Shown: in pieces, positions 30,701-40,036 of the stretch
Numbering within the stretch: position 1 is the stretch's first letter
Layout: the number at the start of each line of letters is the position of its first letter
Source: Gemmatimonadales bacterium
GTDB taxonomy: Bacteria; Gemmatimonadota; Gemmatimonadetes; Gemmatimonadales; GWC2-71-9
Assembly (NCBI GenBank): GCA_044229445.1
Contig: JBGASX010000015.1
Span: 3,753-67,752 of the forward strand
Length of the DNA stretch: 64,000 bases
Reading direction: 5' to 3'
Notes under the pieces: generated by a model
The model's input: only the letters and a program-made list of their open reading frames with translations
Database searches by the model: none
What the model was told of the DNA's origin: nothing
Position numbers and translations under genes: made by a program

Positions 30701-32908
30701 TCACCGTCGCACCACCTCGACCCGCAACTCCGTCCAGCCGTCCGCCTGGTAGTACTCGACCCTGAGCCGGTGCGGTCCCGGTGCGATCGGGGCTTCATCC
30801 ACGGCGGACTCATGCGAGGTCCAGTGGTCGATGGCCAGGGAATCGTCGACCCAGACCCTGATCCCATCGTCGCTGATGGCCCTGAGCGTCATATCCGCTT
30901 CGGGCAGGACGACCTCCGCCCGCGCCTGAAGCGCCCAGCGCTCCTGCGGTATTCCCTGGAGCGTCGGCCGGTACCACTCGAGGTCGAGCCGCGGGAGCTT
31001 CATATGCCTCTCGGGCTCTCCCTGGAGCAGCCCGGAGAAAGCCACGGTACGGGTGCGGGGATCGGTACTGTCGCTCCACGCGAAGAGGCGAGCATCCCAG
31101 TCGATCCGCGGCTCGAACCACTCGTACCTGAATCGATAGGGCGTCCCGGCCGGTCGCGCGATCCCCGACGGCGACTGCGTGGCGGCGCCGCGATACTCGA
31201 GGTCGAGGGACCAGTGCTCGCGCGAGGCTGATGCGGGGGACACGGTGAGGGTGTCCCCGACTCGCCCTGACGACGCGGAGAGTGCCGCGATCCCCTGGCG
31301 GTCCGCCACCCGCCATCGCCCGGGAGGCCCCAGCACGGCGAGCCGGAGCGGCTCGGCGTGACTGCTGTCGACTGGCCAGAGCCGCGGCGACCTCCAGTCG
31401 TACGGGCCCCACTCGTCCACGACGATGGCGGAACGGTTCCGCTGCGCCGTGGGCGTGGAGGGGAGGGGACGTGGCTGCCTGACGGACACGGGCAGCTTCG
31501 CGAGTTCGAGCGGCGGCGGGACGGGCATCGAAGTGCAGCCGAAGCCGTTCGAGACGAAGTTGGCAATCCCTTGCGCGTCCGCGCTCGTCGAGTCACCCAG
31601 CACCATCAGAGAGTCGACGCCTGAGGCCCGGTTGTCAGCGAGGAGCAGACCGGCCGTGTTCCGTGCGCGCAACAGGACCCGGTGTCCGGCGAACTGGTTC
31701 TCCCGGATCTGGTAATCCCGGCTCCGCGTATCGCGGTGCTTCGGATACCCCCAGTCGGAGGGCTCGATCGGGTCGCCCCAAAGGCGGATCGCCGTGGAGT
31801 CGCCGGAGAACCGGTTCCCGACAATCAGGTTGTCCTGGCCATGTTCAATCGCGATGCCGATCCGGTTCCCGCCGAAGCAGTTCCCGATGATCCCGCTCTC
31901 GTAACTGTAACCGCCCCACAGCCCGTGATCGCTCCCCGTCACCCGGTTGGCGACAAACTGGTTCCGGCTGAACGTGGCCTCCATCGCATTGGTCGGCGCG
32001 AAGCTGAAATCGTTGCCGAGGAAGAGATTGTCGTTGGCTCCGCCGGTGCCGGAATCCATGGTCGTCTGACCCGCCCACAGGAAGAGCCCATCGCCTCCGT
32101 GGGTCACGGAATTCCAGGCGACGATGTTGCGGGAACTCTGTTCGAACAGCAGCAGGCCGGCCGAATCCTGCCCGCGGCGATAGAAGCGATGACTGTAGCC
32201 GCGCACGTTGTAGTCGAGTCGGTTGTGCAGGATGAGGTTGTCACTTGACCGGTAGAGGCCGACGCCGAGACCCGAGTTGAAGGAGAAGCTGTTGTCCTCC
32301 AGCCGCAGGCTGTCGGAATTGGTGAGCATCAGCCCGTTCATCCCCTGTTCCGCCACCACGCCGCGGATCGTGCCGCCGCGCACGCCGGACAGGTAGATCG
32401 CCGCGCCATACCGCAGCCACTCCTCCTGTTCGTTGTGGTGGAACGAAAGCCAGTCCACGAGGCTCTCATGCTCGATCAGACTGAAGAGCCGGGGCTTCCA
32501 GTTCCGGCTCAGGTCGCCGCCGTCAATCGTCAGGCGCCGCGTCCCGCGCGCCAGAATGCCGACTTTGTACCCGTGCACGGTGGGGCGGATCAGGCTGACG
32601 TCTTCGCCCCCGTCCACGAGAATCGCGAGGCCCGTGGCGCGGTCCGGTGCCAGCCCTGGCTCCGTGCCCTGCATGGCCGCCGCGGAAAAATCGACCGTGA
32701 TCCCGTGGCCACGGATCGTGATGCAGGCCGAGTCCGGGGCACCGGAAGGGTTGATGGCGCGGGGCCCAGGGACGATCCGGGCCGAGCGGGTGATGACCAG
32801 ACCGCAGCGGATCGGGATGCCAGGATCGTTCGCCAGTCGGATGGCCCGGTCGCTCGCGGGCAGCGCGAGGAGGGCGAGGAGCGAGGCCTTCCGCAGGTGC
32901 AGGAGCAT
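30701..32908 (-). CDS. secreted right-handed beta-helix protein with C-terminal PA14-like domain
   Basis: ORF 30701..33277 trimmed to ATG 32908, because the longer form would overlap hemN. Signal peptide MLLHLRKASLLALLALPA. Repeated N/D-x-h-h-x-N units typical of parallel beta-helix proteins (LTNSDSLRLEDNSFSFNSGLGVGLYRSSDNLILHNRLDYN...). C-terminal PA14-like block LRAISDDGIRVWVDDSLAIDHW...HRLRVEYYQADGW. Confidence 0.7.
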   Translation of the reverse strand: MLLHLRKASLLALLALPASDRAIRLANDPGIPIRCGLVITRSARIVPGPRAINPSGAPDSACITIRGHGITVDFSAAAMQGTEPGLAPDRATGLAILVDGGEDVSLIRPTVHGYKVGILARGTRRLTIDGGDLSRNWKPRLFSLIEHESLVDWLSFHHNEQEEWLRYGAAIYLSGVRGGTIRGVVAEQGMNGLMLTNSDSLRLEDNSFSFNSGLGVGLYRSSDNLILHNRLDYNVRGYSHRFYRRGQDSAGLLLFEQSSRNIVAWNSVTHGGDGLFLWAGQTTMDSGTGGANDNLFLGNDFSFAPTNAMEATFSRNQFVANRVTGSDHGLWGGYSYESGIIGNCFGGNRIGIAIEHGQDNLIVGNRFSGDSTAIRLWGDPIEPSDWGYPKHRDTRSRDYQIRENQFAGHRVLLRARNTAGLLLADNRASGVDSLMVLGDSTSADAQGIANFVSNGFGCTSMPVPPPLELAKLPVSVRQPRPLPSTPTAQRNRSAIVVDEWGPYDWRSPRLWPVDSSHAEPLRLAVLGPPGRWRVADRQGIAALSASSGRVGDTLTVSPASASREHWSLDLEYRGAATQSPSGIARPAGTPYRFRYEWFEPRIDWDARLFAWSDSTDPRTRTVAFSGLLQGEPERHMKLPRLDLEWYRPTLQGIPQERWALQARAEVVLPEADMTLRAISDDGIRVWVDDSLAIDHWTSHESAVDEAPIAPGPHRLRVEYYQADGWTELRVEVVRR

Positions 32909-32983
32909 GATCGCCGTGGCGCTCGAGGAGGGGCTGGAAGTGTGCCGCGTCGGCGGCAGCTCGGCAACTGCCCGTAATGCCAA

Positions 32984-33012
32984 CGCGCCCCGAAGCGTAG
33001 TGCTCCGGGGCG
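32984..33012 (-). terminator. hairpin downstream of hemN (possible terminator and left boundary of the photosynthesis cluster)
   Basis: GCGCCCCG-13 nt-CGGGGCGC forms an 8-bp GC stem about 28 nt past the hemN stop on the minus strand. There is no strong U-tract. Confidence 0.35.
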
Positions 33013-33039
33013 CGTGAGGAGACGCTTCAGCGGTCGCGA

Positions 33040-34419
33040 TCAGACCGTGCGGGAGAAGACCGCCCGGGCCGTTGCCCGATCCAGGTGGGCGTCCAGCTCC
33101 ATGCAGAGGTTCCGCAGGAAGTAGCGCCCAATTGCGGTGACCGCGATCCGTTCCGGCTCCAGGTCCACCAGACCGGCTTCCGCGTGCTGCTGGAAGCGAT
33201 CCAGTTCGGAGCCGAGGAGCGACCCGGCCGTCTCGCCCCCTTCGAGCGGCAGGCCGTATGGCAGCTCGAGGTTGCACATCAGGTGCGTGATGATTGTCCG
33301 CCGGCGGCGATCGTCGAGGCTGAGGTGATGCCCCTTGACCACCGGAAGGCGGCCGGCATCCACCGCCCGGGAATAGTCACCCAGCTTGGGATCGAGCTGC
33401 ACGAACCGGCCCGCCAGGTCACCGATCCCGCTCATGCCAAGCGCGAGCATGTGGTCGGCGGGGCGCAGCGTGTAGCCCATGAAATTGCGGTGCAGCCGGC
33501 GCTCGTCGGCCGCGATCGCCAGTTCGTCGTTCGGCCGGGCGAAGTGATCGAGCCCGACCCACTGGTAGCCCGCCTCGCCCAGGTCGTTCACCGCCGCCTC
33601 GAATAGCCGGAACTTGATGTCCCGACCGGGCAGCTCGGCCTGATTGATCTGTTTCTGGTTCGGCTTGACCGACGGGACATGCGCATACCCGAACACCGCG
33701 AGGCGGTCGGGATTGAGCGCTGCCACCCGTTCGAGGGTTCCTCGGAAGCCGCTGACGGACTGCCGCGGCAGCCCGTAGATCAGATCGAGATTGAGGCTTT
33801 CGAAGCCCTCGGCCCGGATCTCATCGACCACGGTCTCGACCAGCTGGAATGGCTGCATCCGCCCGATCGCCGCCTGCACGGCGGGGTCGAGATCCTGTAC
33901 CCCCAGGCTGATCCGGTTGAAGCCGAGCGCCCGCAGATCCGCGATCTGTCCCGGCTGCACGAGGCGCGGGTCGAGCTCGATGGAGCGCTCCGCCGTCTCG
34001 GAGATCCGGAATTCCTTGGTCAGGCGATTCACCAGCCGGTGCCGCTGGGCCTGGTCCAGGAAATTCGGGGTTCCGCCTCCCCAGTGCAGCTGGACCACTT
34101 CGCGCCCGGGGCCAAGGATGGCGAGCACCATGTCGAGCTCGCGCTCCAGCCGGTCCAGGTAGTTGTCCACGACCGACCGCTGCCGGGTGACCACGGCGTT
34201 GCAGCCGCAATAGTGGCACCGCTCCGCGCAGAAGGGCAGGTGGACGTAGAGCGACAGCGTGTCCGAGGTGCGCGCCCAGACTTCCGCGAGCGCGGCCCGG
34301 TACTCCACTTCGCCGAAGCTCTGGGTCCAGGCCGGTACGGTGGGGTAGCTGGTGTACCGCGGTCCGGGCCGGTCGTAGCGCGCGACGAACTCCCTGGGGA
34401 TCGGGCTGGTTGACCGCAT
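33040..34419 (-). CDS. hemN: oxygen-independent coproporphyrinogen III oxidase (radical SAM)
   Basis: 459-aa ORF containing RYTSYPTVP, LYVHLPFCAERCHYCGCN (CxxxCxxC cluster) and the HemN C-terminal domain. Its start overlaps the bchE stop by 1 nt (TGATG). Confidence 0.93.
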   Translation of the reverse strand: MRSTSPIPREFVARYDRPGPRYTSYPTVPAWTQSFGEVEYRAALAEVWARTSDTLSLYVHLPFCAERCHYCGCNAVVTRQRSVVDNYLDRLERELDMVLAILGPGREVVQLHWGGGTPNFLDQAQRHRLVNRLTKEFRISETAERSIELDPRLVQPGQIADLRALGFNRISLGVQDLDPAVQAAIGRMQPFQLVETVVDEIRAEGFESLNLDLIYGLPRQSVSGFRGTLERVAALNPDRLAVFGYAHVPSVKPNQKQINQAELPGRDIKFRLFEAAVNDLGEAGYQWVGLDHFARPNDELAIAADERRLHRNFMGYTLRPADHMLALGMSGIGDLAGRFVQLDPKLGDYSRAVDAGRLPVVKGHHLSLDDRRRRTIITHLMCNLELPYGLPLEGGETAGSLLGSELDRFQQHAEAGLVDLEPERIAVTAIGRYFLRNLCMELDAHLDRATARAVFSRTV

Positions 34420-36044
34420 CAGATCTTCGCGACCGGTGTGGGTCGCGCCTCCGGAGCGGGCTTCGCCTCGCAGCCGCCGGTATTGTTCGGCGCCTTGCGG
34501 GCCTTGCGGGTCATGGCGCCACCGAAGTTGGTGTCCGGCGCGAGGTCGGGCCGTTCGGCCTTGATCTGCACCAGTTCCTGCTTGGTGAACACCTTCGACT
34601 CGTCGAAGCGCAGGTTGACCTCGCCCGTCATCTTCACCCGGCCCAGGTCATAGAAGCGCTTGGTCGCCGTCATTTTCGCGAACGCCTTCAGGCAGCCGAA
34701 CATGTACTTCCGCTTGAACTTGTCCTTGATGAACGGGTACTTGAGGAACGTCTTCCGCATGTAGAAGCGGCCGTAGCAGCGCAGGACCTGCTTCAGCACG
34801 TCCTCCCGGTCCATCGCATCGGGCTTCATGATCGGGGTGGTGAAGTTGTAACGCGAGAAGTCGCGCACTTCCACCTTGTCCCCCAGCTCCTCGAAGAGGT
34901 CGGAGAACGGCCACGGCGTATACATGTTCCAGTTGGCCATGTCCGGATCCCAGTCCTTGCAGAGCTGGTAGGTCTCCTCGATCGACTCCGGCGTCTCGTT
35001 CTCGAGCCCCATGATGAACTGGGCCTCGGCCAGCATCCCGTTCTTCTGCAGCAGCTTGATCGCCTTCTTGTTCTGCTCGATCGTGGTCTCCTTGTGGAAC
35101 CGGTCGAGGCCCATCTGGCTCGCCGCTTCGGTCCCCAGCGAGACGTGGAACAGCCCGGCCTTCCGGTAGAAGGGCAGCATGCTCTCGTCGCGCAGGATGT
35201 CGGTCACGCGAGTGTTGATGCCCCACGGCACGTCGATCTTCCGATCGATGAGCGTCTGGCAGAGCTGCACGAACTTCTTCTTGTTGATCGTGGGCTCCTC
35301 GTCCGCGAGGATGTAGAAGCCGACCTTGTGGACCTGGGTGAGGTATTCGATCTCGTCCACGAACTTGTTCGGGTCCCGGACCCGGTAGTCGCGCCAGAAC
35401 TTCCACTGCGAACAGAAGCTGCAGGTAAAGGGGCAGCCGCGGGCGAAGCTCGGCACCGCCACCCGGGTGTTCATCGGGATGTAGATGTAGGTCGGCCAGT
35501 GCAGGATGTCCCAGTTGGGCTTGATCGCATCCAGGTCCTGGATCGGCGGTTCCGCCGGCGTCGCGACGCACTTGCCGTCCTCGATGAACGCGACGCCCCG
35601 GATCGAGTGCCGGACCCGCTCATCGACCCCCTCGTCAATCGCCTTCCACAGATTCTGGGCGATGACCTCTCCTTCGCCGCGGATGACGTAGTCGATCCAC
35701 GGGGCCTCGTGCAGCACCTGGGCATACATGAACGTGCCGTGGATGCCGCCCAGGATCGTCTTGATCTTCGGATTGACCTTCTTGGCGAGCTTGAGCGTGT
35801 TCTCCGCGCTGTAGATCACCGGGGTCTTCGCGCTGGTCGCCACGACATCGGGCTTGAGATCACGGATCTTCTGCTCCAGCACCTCGGGAGTGAGGTCATT
35901 CGCCATCGCGTCGATGAAATGGACGTCCGGCATCCCCGCCTGCTTCAGGGCACCCGCGATGTAGGCCACCCACGGTGCAGGCCAGTTGCCGGCAATCTCA
36001 GCTCCGCCAGCGTGATAGTTGGACAGAATGAGCAGTGTCCGCAT
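34419..36044 (-). CDS. bchE: anaerobic Mg-protoporphyrin IX monomethyl ester oxidative cyclase (B12-binding radical SAM)
   Basis: 541-aa ORF with an N-terminal B12-binding-like domain (MRTLLILSNYHAGGAE...DVVATSA) and the radical-SAM cluster motif FARGCPFTCSFCSQW. The length is typical of BchE. Confidence 0.93.
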   Translation of the reverse strand: MRTLLILSNYHAGGAEIAGNWPAPWVAYIAGALKQAGMPDVHFIDAMANDLTPEVLEQKIRDLKPDVVATSAKTPVIYSAENTLKLAKKVNPKIKTILGGIHGTFMYAQVLHEAPWIDYVIRGEGEVIAQNLWKAIDEGVDERVRHSIRGVAFIEDGKCVATPAEPPIQDLDAIKPNWDILHWPTYIYIPMNTRVAVPSFARGCPFTCSFCSQWKFWRDYRVRDPNKFVDEIEYLTQVHKVGFYILADEEPTINKKKFVQLCQTLIDRKIDVPWGINTRVTDILRDESMLPFYRKAGLFHVSLGTEAASQMGLDRFHKETTIEQNKKAIKLLQKNGMLAEAQFIMGLENETPESIEETYQLCKDWDPDMANWNMYTPWPFSDLFEELGDKVEVRDFSRYNFTTPIMKPDAMDREDVLKQVLRCYGRFYMRKTFLKYPFIKDKFKRKYMFGCLKAFAKMTATKRFYDLGRVKMTGEVNLRFDESKVFTKQELVQIKAERPDLAPDTNFGGAMTRKARKAPNNTGGCEAKPAPEARPTPVAKI

Positions 36045-36072
36045 GGGATGATCCGAGGGTGTACGGTGGAGG

Positions 36073-36090
36073 TGTATGGCGTGGTTTACA
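36073..36090. promoter_or_regulatory. TGT-N12-ACA palindrome (PpsR/CrtJ-type operator) upstream of bchE
   Basis: TGTATGGCGTGGTTTACA read directly. It lies 29 nt upstream of the bchE ATG (36044, minus strand), in the bchJ-bchE spacer. Confidence 0.5.
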
Positions 36091-36162
36091 GTCGGGAAGC
36101 TAGGCAGGGCTCTTGGAAGGTTCGATGAAGGCAGGATGAACAGGGGTACGCGGCGTACGGGA

Positions 36163-36768
36163 TTAGAACCTCACGCTGAAACGGCAGCAGCGCCCACCGG
36201 CTGCCTCACACTCGACCTCCTGGACCGCCGTCGCTGGATGGATGAGTTGCCGAAGCAGGCGCTCGAAGGTGGCCCGATAGAACGTGCAAGTCGCGGACTT
36301 GACCGAGAGCCCCCGGCACATCGGGCAGCCGGTGATACTGTAGGCCGTGCTCGGGCCGAACTCGACGCCGAAGATCCCGCTCCCCGCGAAGGTCCATGCG
36401 TGGGCGCGGATCGCCTGGCTGAGGATCCGGAAGGCGAGCCGTGCCGGGAGCCAGGGCAGGAGAAACTGGGCCGCGCGAGGGATGCGGTGCGCCAGCAGGT
36501 ACTCGGCGGTGAGGACGCCGGCCCGGTCAAGGACTTCCTGACCGGCTTGCGGGCCGAGCCCCTCGAGCACGCTGTGGGCGAGCCGGTTGAAGTCCGACTC
36601 GGGGACCATCGCCTGCGGCAAGGCGCTCGTGAGATCGGCGTGTCCCCAGCTGCGGAGCGCACTATCGCCGCCCACGGGGCCGAGGCGCTCGCGAAGCGCC
36701 GCAACCGTCTGGATGATGGAGTTGGGGCCGATCCGATCGTTCGGGGTGTCGGCCATAGTGCGGCTCAC
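36163..36768 (-). CDS. bchJ: bacteriochlorophyll 4-vinyl reductase family protein (V4R domain)
   Basis: 201-aa ORF containing RIGPNSIIQTVAALRERLG and the C-terminal V4R Cys pattern (ITGCPMCRG...CTFY...ECEAAGGRCCRF). The start is either GTG 36768 or ATG 36756. Confidence 0.85.
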   Translation of the reverse strand: MSRTMADTPNDRIGPNSIIQTVAALRERLGPVGGDSALRSWGHADLTSALPQAMVPESDFNRLAHSVLEGLGPQAGQEVLDRAGVLTAEYLLAHRIPRAAQFLLPWLPARLAFRILSQAIRAHAWTFAGSGIFGVEFGPSTAYSITGCPMCRGLSVKSATCTFYRATFERLLRQLIHPATAVQEVECEAAGGRCCRFSVRF

Positions 36769-36784
36769 GGCAGGCCTACACGGT

Positions 36785-37339
36785 TCAGTGGCGGAGCAGT
36801 CCGCGTGCGGCGTCCCTCAGGTGGCCGAAGCGCTCGGCGAGCAGCAGCCGGAGCCAGATGGTGTAGCGGTTGGGGCGCTGTCTCAGTTCGCTCCGGACCA
36901 GACCCAGCAGGGAGTATCGCCAATCGGCGACCTCGGCCGGATCGGGCCTGGGCGCATCGGAGTAACTTCCGACGAAGATCGAGTCGTGTTCGTACTCGTG
37001 AAGTGTCGGTCCGACCCGGGCACGATAGCGGAATTCGAACGCGGGGAAGAGCGGGCAGCGGAAGCCCATTTCCTCCTGCAGGCGCCGCTCCGCGGCGGCG
37101 CGGGTCTCTTCGTCGGGCCGGGGATGACCGCAGCAGGTATTTGACCAGCGCCCGGCGGAGTGATACTTCCCCAGTGCGCGTCGCTGCAGGAGGAGGGCGC
37201 CCCGGTGGTCGAAGACGAACACGGAGAAGGCGCGATGCAGGCGCCCCTCTTCATGCGCGCGCAGCTTCTCCGCGCGACCGATCACGCGGTTGTCGCCGTC
37301 GATCAGGACGACTTCCTCGTGCGGCGCCACCAGGGTCAC
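36785..37339 (-). CDS. idi: isopentenyl-diphosphate delta-isomerase, type 1 (Nudix)
   Basis: 184-aa ORF (GTG start) containing HRAFSVFVFD, WSNTCCGHPRPDE and the Nudix-like block AAERRLQEEMGF. Confidence 0.9.
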   Translation of the reverse strand: MTLVAPHEEVVLIDGDNRVIGRAEKLRAHEEGRLHRAFSVFVFDHRGALLLQRRALGKYHSAGRWSNTCCGHPRPDEETRAAAERRLQEEMGFRCPLFPAFEFRYRARVGPTLHEYEHDSIFVGSYSDAPRPDPAEVADWRYSLLGLVRSELRQRPNRYTIWLRLLLAERFGHLRDAARGLLRH

Positions 37340-37548
37340 TTGGCGATGATCTCCAGATCTTCCGGGGCGAGCACCACGTCCCCATGACCGGGGACGTCGA
37401 CGGTGATGCGATCCTGCAGGCGGTCGGCTGGCTTCCGCTTGATCCGGCTCACCTCAACGATGAGCCCGGTCTTGCCCTTAACCCTCGGCACGCCAGAGCT
37501 TACGATTCGCGCTTCGGTGCCGGGAATACACTGGTCGATATGGGCCAT
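37336..37548 (-). CDS. small (70 aa) hypothetical protein, first gene of the idi-bchJ-bchE-hemN strand
   Basis: ORF 37336..37581 trimmed to ATG 37548, with GAGG 6 nt upstream. Sequence: [70 protein letters not shown]. Its stop overlaps the idi GTG (GTGA). I do not recognise the family. Confidence 0.5.
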   Translation of the reverse strand: MAHIDQCIPGTEARIVSSGVPRVKGKTGLIVEVSRIKRKPADRLQDRITVDVPGHGDVVLAPEDLEIIAK

Positions 37549-37626
37549 CTTTCGCCTCGGTAAACAGGGATTATGGTGCAAATAGGCCCGCTTGCGCGTG
37601 CGTCAAATATAGTGTACCATGGCTAG

Positions 37627-37644
37627 TGTCAAGTCAACATGACA
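37627..37644. promoter_or_regulatory. TGT-N12-ACA palindrome (PpsR/CrtJ-type operator) in the divergent small-ORF/idi and hemB promoter region
   Basis: TGTCAAGTCAACATGACA read directly. It sits in the only AT-richer stretch of the 37549-37658 spacer, 15 nt upstream of the preferred hemB ATG (37659). Confidence 0.55.
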
Positions 37645-37658
37645 CTCAAGGTTTCCCG

Positions 37659-38687
37659 ATGACTTCCTTTGCTCCGGCCCCCGCCAACGCCTCCGGCCAG
37701 GAAGCTCCCTTGGAGCGTCCGCGCCGTCGTCGTCGCACCGCCGCGCTTCGGGCCCTGGTCCGCGAGACCAGGCTCGTGCCCTCGCAGTTGATCGCCCCTT
37801 TCTTTGTATGTCACGGCAGCGAGGTGCGCCGTCCCATCGGCTCGATGCCGGGGGTTGCCCAGCTCTCGGTCGACGGCATGCTGCAGCGCGAGGTCGAGGA
37901 CGCCGTGTCCGCCGGGGTCCGGTCGGTCATTCTCTTCGGCATTCCGGCGGAGAAAGATCCCATCGGGTCCGAGAACTTCGATCCGGAAGGCATCGTGCCC
38001 CGGGCGCTCCGTTTTCTTCGGCAGCGCTACCCCGACCTCTGCCTGATCAGCGACATGTGCTGTTGCGAGTACACCAGCCACGGTCACTGCGGCGTGCTTC
38101 GCGGCGAGGAGGTCGACAACGACGCGACCCTCGAGATTCTCGGGCGTGCCTCTCAGGTGCACGCCGATGCCGGCGCGGACATCATCGCGCCCAGCGGCAT
38201 GATGGACGGCATGGTCGCCGCGATTCGCGCCGCCCTCGACGGATCGGGGCACAGCGACCGGGCCATTCTGAGCTATGCGGTCAAGTATGCGAGCGGATTC
38301 TACGGCCCCTTCCGTGAGGCGGCCGGGAGCACGCCGGCATTCGGTGACCGCCGCCAGTACCAGATGGATCCCGCCAACAAGCGCGAAGCGCTGCTCGAAG
38401 CCCGTCTCGACGAGGCCGAAGGTGCCGACATGCTGATGGTGAAGCCGGCGCTCGCCTATCTGGATGTGCTCGCCGAAGTGCGCCGCAACAGCGATCTGCC
38501 GCTCGTGGCATACAACGTGAGCGGCGAGTACGCCATGGTGAAGGCGGCCGCGGAGCGGGGCTGGATCGATGAGCGACGGGTCGTCATGGAGTCGCTGATC
38601 GGCATGCGCCGCGCCGGCGCCGACGGGATCATCACCTATCATGCCGCGGTCGCGGCACGCTGGCTGGCCGAGGAGGCTGGTGCATGA
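37659..38687 (+). CDS. hemB: porphobilinogen synthase (5-aminolevulinate dehydratase)
   Basis: ORF 37626..38687 trimmed to ATG 37659, because the longer start would read through the operator palindrome. ALAD blocks present: [30 protein letters not shown] and [12 protein letters not shown]. Confidence 0.95.
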   Translation: MTSFAPAPANASGQEAPLERPRRRRRTAALRALVRETRLVPSQLIAPFFVCHGSEVRRPIGSMPGVAQLSVDGMLQREVEDAVSAGVRSVILFGIPAEKDPIGSENFDPEGIVPRALRFLRQRYPDLCLISDMCCCEYTSHGHCGVLRGEEVDNDATLEILGRASQVHADAGADIIAPSGMMDGMVAAIRAALDGSGHSDRAILSYAVKYASGFYGPFREAAGSTPAFGDRRQYQMDPANKREALLEARLDEAEGADMLMVKPALAYLDVLAEVRRNSDLPLVAYNVSGEYAMVKAAAERGWIDERRVVMESLIGMRRAGADGIITYHAAVAARWLAEEAGA

Positions 38688-40036
38688 CCGATTTGCACGC
38701 CCCGCCCGCGTCGGAATCGGCGGCGATCCCTCGTTCTGAGGCTTTGTTTCGCGCAGCCTCTCGGCTGCTCCCCGGCGGCGTGAACAGTCCGGTGCGTGCC
38801 TTCCGCGGTGTGGGAGGCACGCCGCGGTTTATCGCCCGCGGGAGCGGCGCGTACATGGAGGATGTCGACGGGCACCGCTACCTCGACCTGGTGCTCTCGT
38901 GGGGGCCGCTGATTCTGGGACACGCCGCCCCTGACGTCGTGCGCGCGATCACGGAGGCCGCACAGCGCGGCACCAGCTACGGCGCACCCTGCGAGCTGGA
39001 AGTCGAACTCGCCCAGCGCGTGGTGGCGACCTATCCCGCCATGGACATGGTCCGATTCGTCAACTCGGGCACGGAGGCGACGATGAGCGCGCTCCGCCTC
39101 GCCCGCGCGGCAACCGGCCGCTCGGCCATCGTCAAGTTCGACGGGTGCTATCACGGGCATGCGGACCCGCTCCTTGCGGCGGCCGGCTCCGGGGTCGCGA
39201 CGCTGGGGCTGCCGGATTCCCCGGGCGTGACGGCGGCGACCGTCGCCGACACGCTGGTGCTGCCGTACAATGACCTCGACGCGGTCGCGCAGTTGTTCCG
39301 GACGCGCGGTGATGCGATCGCCGCCATCATTGTCGAGCCGGTCGCCGGCAACATGGGGGTCGTGCCGCCGCTGCCGGGCTTCCTGGCCGGACTCCGCGAG
39401 ATCACCACGCGTCACGGCGCGATCCTGATTTTCGACGAAGTCATGACCGGCTGGCGGGTCCATCCTCGCGGGGCGCAGACGCTCTACGGCGTCGATCCCG
39501 ATCTGACCTGCATTGGAAAGGTCGTCGGTGGGGGACTGCCCGCGGCGGCCTACGGTGGCCGGGCGGCGCTCATGCAGCAGGTTGCGCCGGCGGGGCCGGT
39601 CTATCAGGCGGGCACGCTGTCCGGCAATCCGCTGGCGATGGCCGCAGGGATCGCGACGCTCGACGCGCTGGCCGTTCCCGGGACCTGGGAGCGGGCCGAG
39701 CGCTGGGCCGAACGCGCAACCAGCGAACTGGCCCGCCTCGCGAAGGACGCCGGACTGCCGCTGGTGATCAATCGGGTGGGCACGATGTTCACGCCGTTCT
39801 TCACCGACAGGGCCGTGACGGACTACGCCACCGCTCGCCAGGCAGACCGGGAGTCGTACAAGGTGTTCTTCCACGCCATGCTCGCGGGTGGCGTGTATCT
39901 GGCGCCCTCGGCCTTCGAGGCCGCATTCACCTCGGTCGTGCACGATGACGCCGCATTGACGCTCTGGACGGCGGCATGCGCATCCGGCCTCCGGCAGGTC
40001 CGGGAGTCGAGGAACTCATGGCAAACATCGCAGTAG
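38684..40036 (+). CDS. hemL: glutamate-1-semialdehyde 2,1-aminomutase
   Basis: 450-aa ORF with an ATGA overlap on the hemB stop. Contains [19 protein letters not shown] and the PLP-Lys region [11 protein letters not shown]. Confidence 0.95.
   Translation: MTDLHAPPASESAAIPRSEALFRAASRLLPGGVNSPVRAFRGVGGTPRFIARGSGAYMEDVDGHRYLDLVLSWGPLILGHAAPDVVRAITEAAQRGTSYGAPCELEVELAQRVVATYPAMDMVRFVNSGTEATMSALRLARAATGRSAIVKFDGCYHGHADPLLAAAGSGVATLGLPDSPGVTAATVADTLVLPYNDLDAVAQLFRTRGDAIAAIIVEPVAGNMGVVPPLPGFLAGLREITTRHGAILIFDEVMTGWRVHPRGAQTLYGVDPDLTCIGKVVGGGLPAAAYGGRAALMQQVAPAGPVYQAGTLSGNPLAMAAGIATLDALAVPGTWERAERWAERATSELARLAKDAGLPLVINRVGTMFTPFFTDRAVTDYATARQADRESYKVFFHAMLAGGVYLAPSAFEAAFTSVVHDDAALTLWTAACASGLRQVRESRNSWQTSQ

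Noticed and set aside
32909-33277. N-terminal extensions of track ORFs, for example the first 123 aa of 30701..33277. The 5' parts of 1082..2662, 10078.., 10536.., 11489.., 17394.., 18995.., 21173.., 24883.., 25569.., 42091.., 46077.., 50529.. and 52954.. are similar cases.
   Set aside because: The extensions overlap the preceding gene and are low-complexity Arg/Pro/Gly sequence. An internal start that gives a signal peptide, a family-typical N-terminus or a 4-nt overlap junction explains the data better.
36045-36162. Cobalamin riboswitch upstream of the B12-dependent bchE.
   Set aside because: The spacer is only 118 nt and contains no recognisable B12-box-like element. It is too short for a typical cobalamin riboswitch. 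The TGT-N12-ACA palindrome is the only clear signal.
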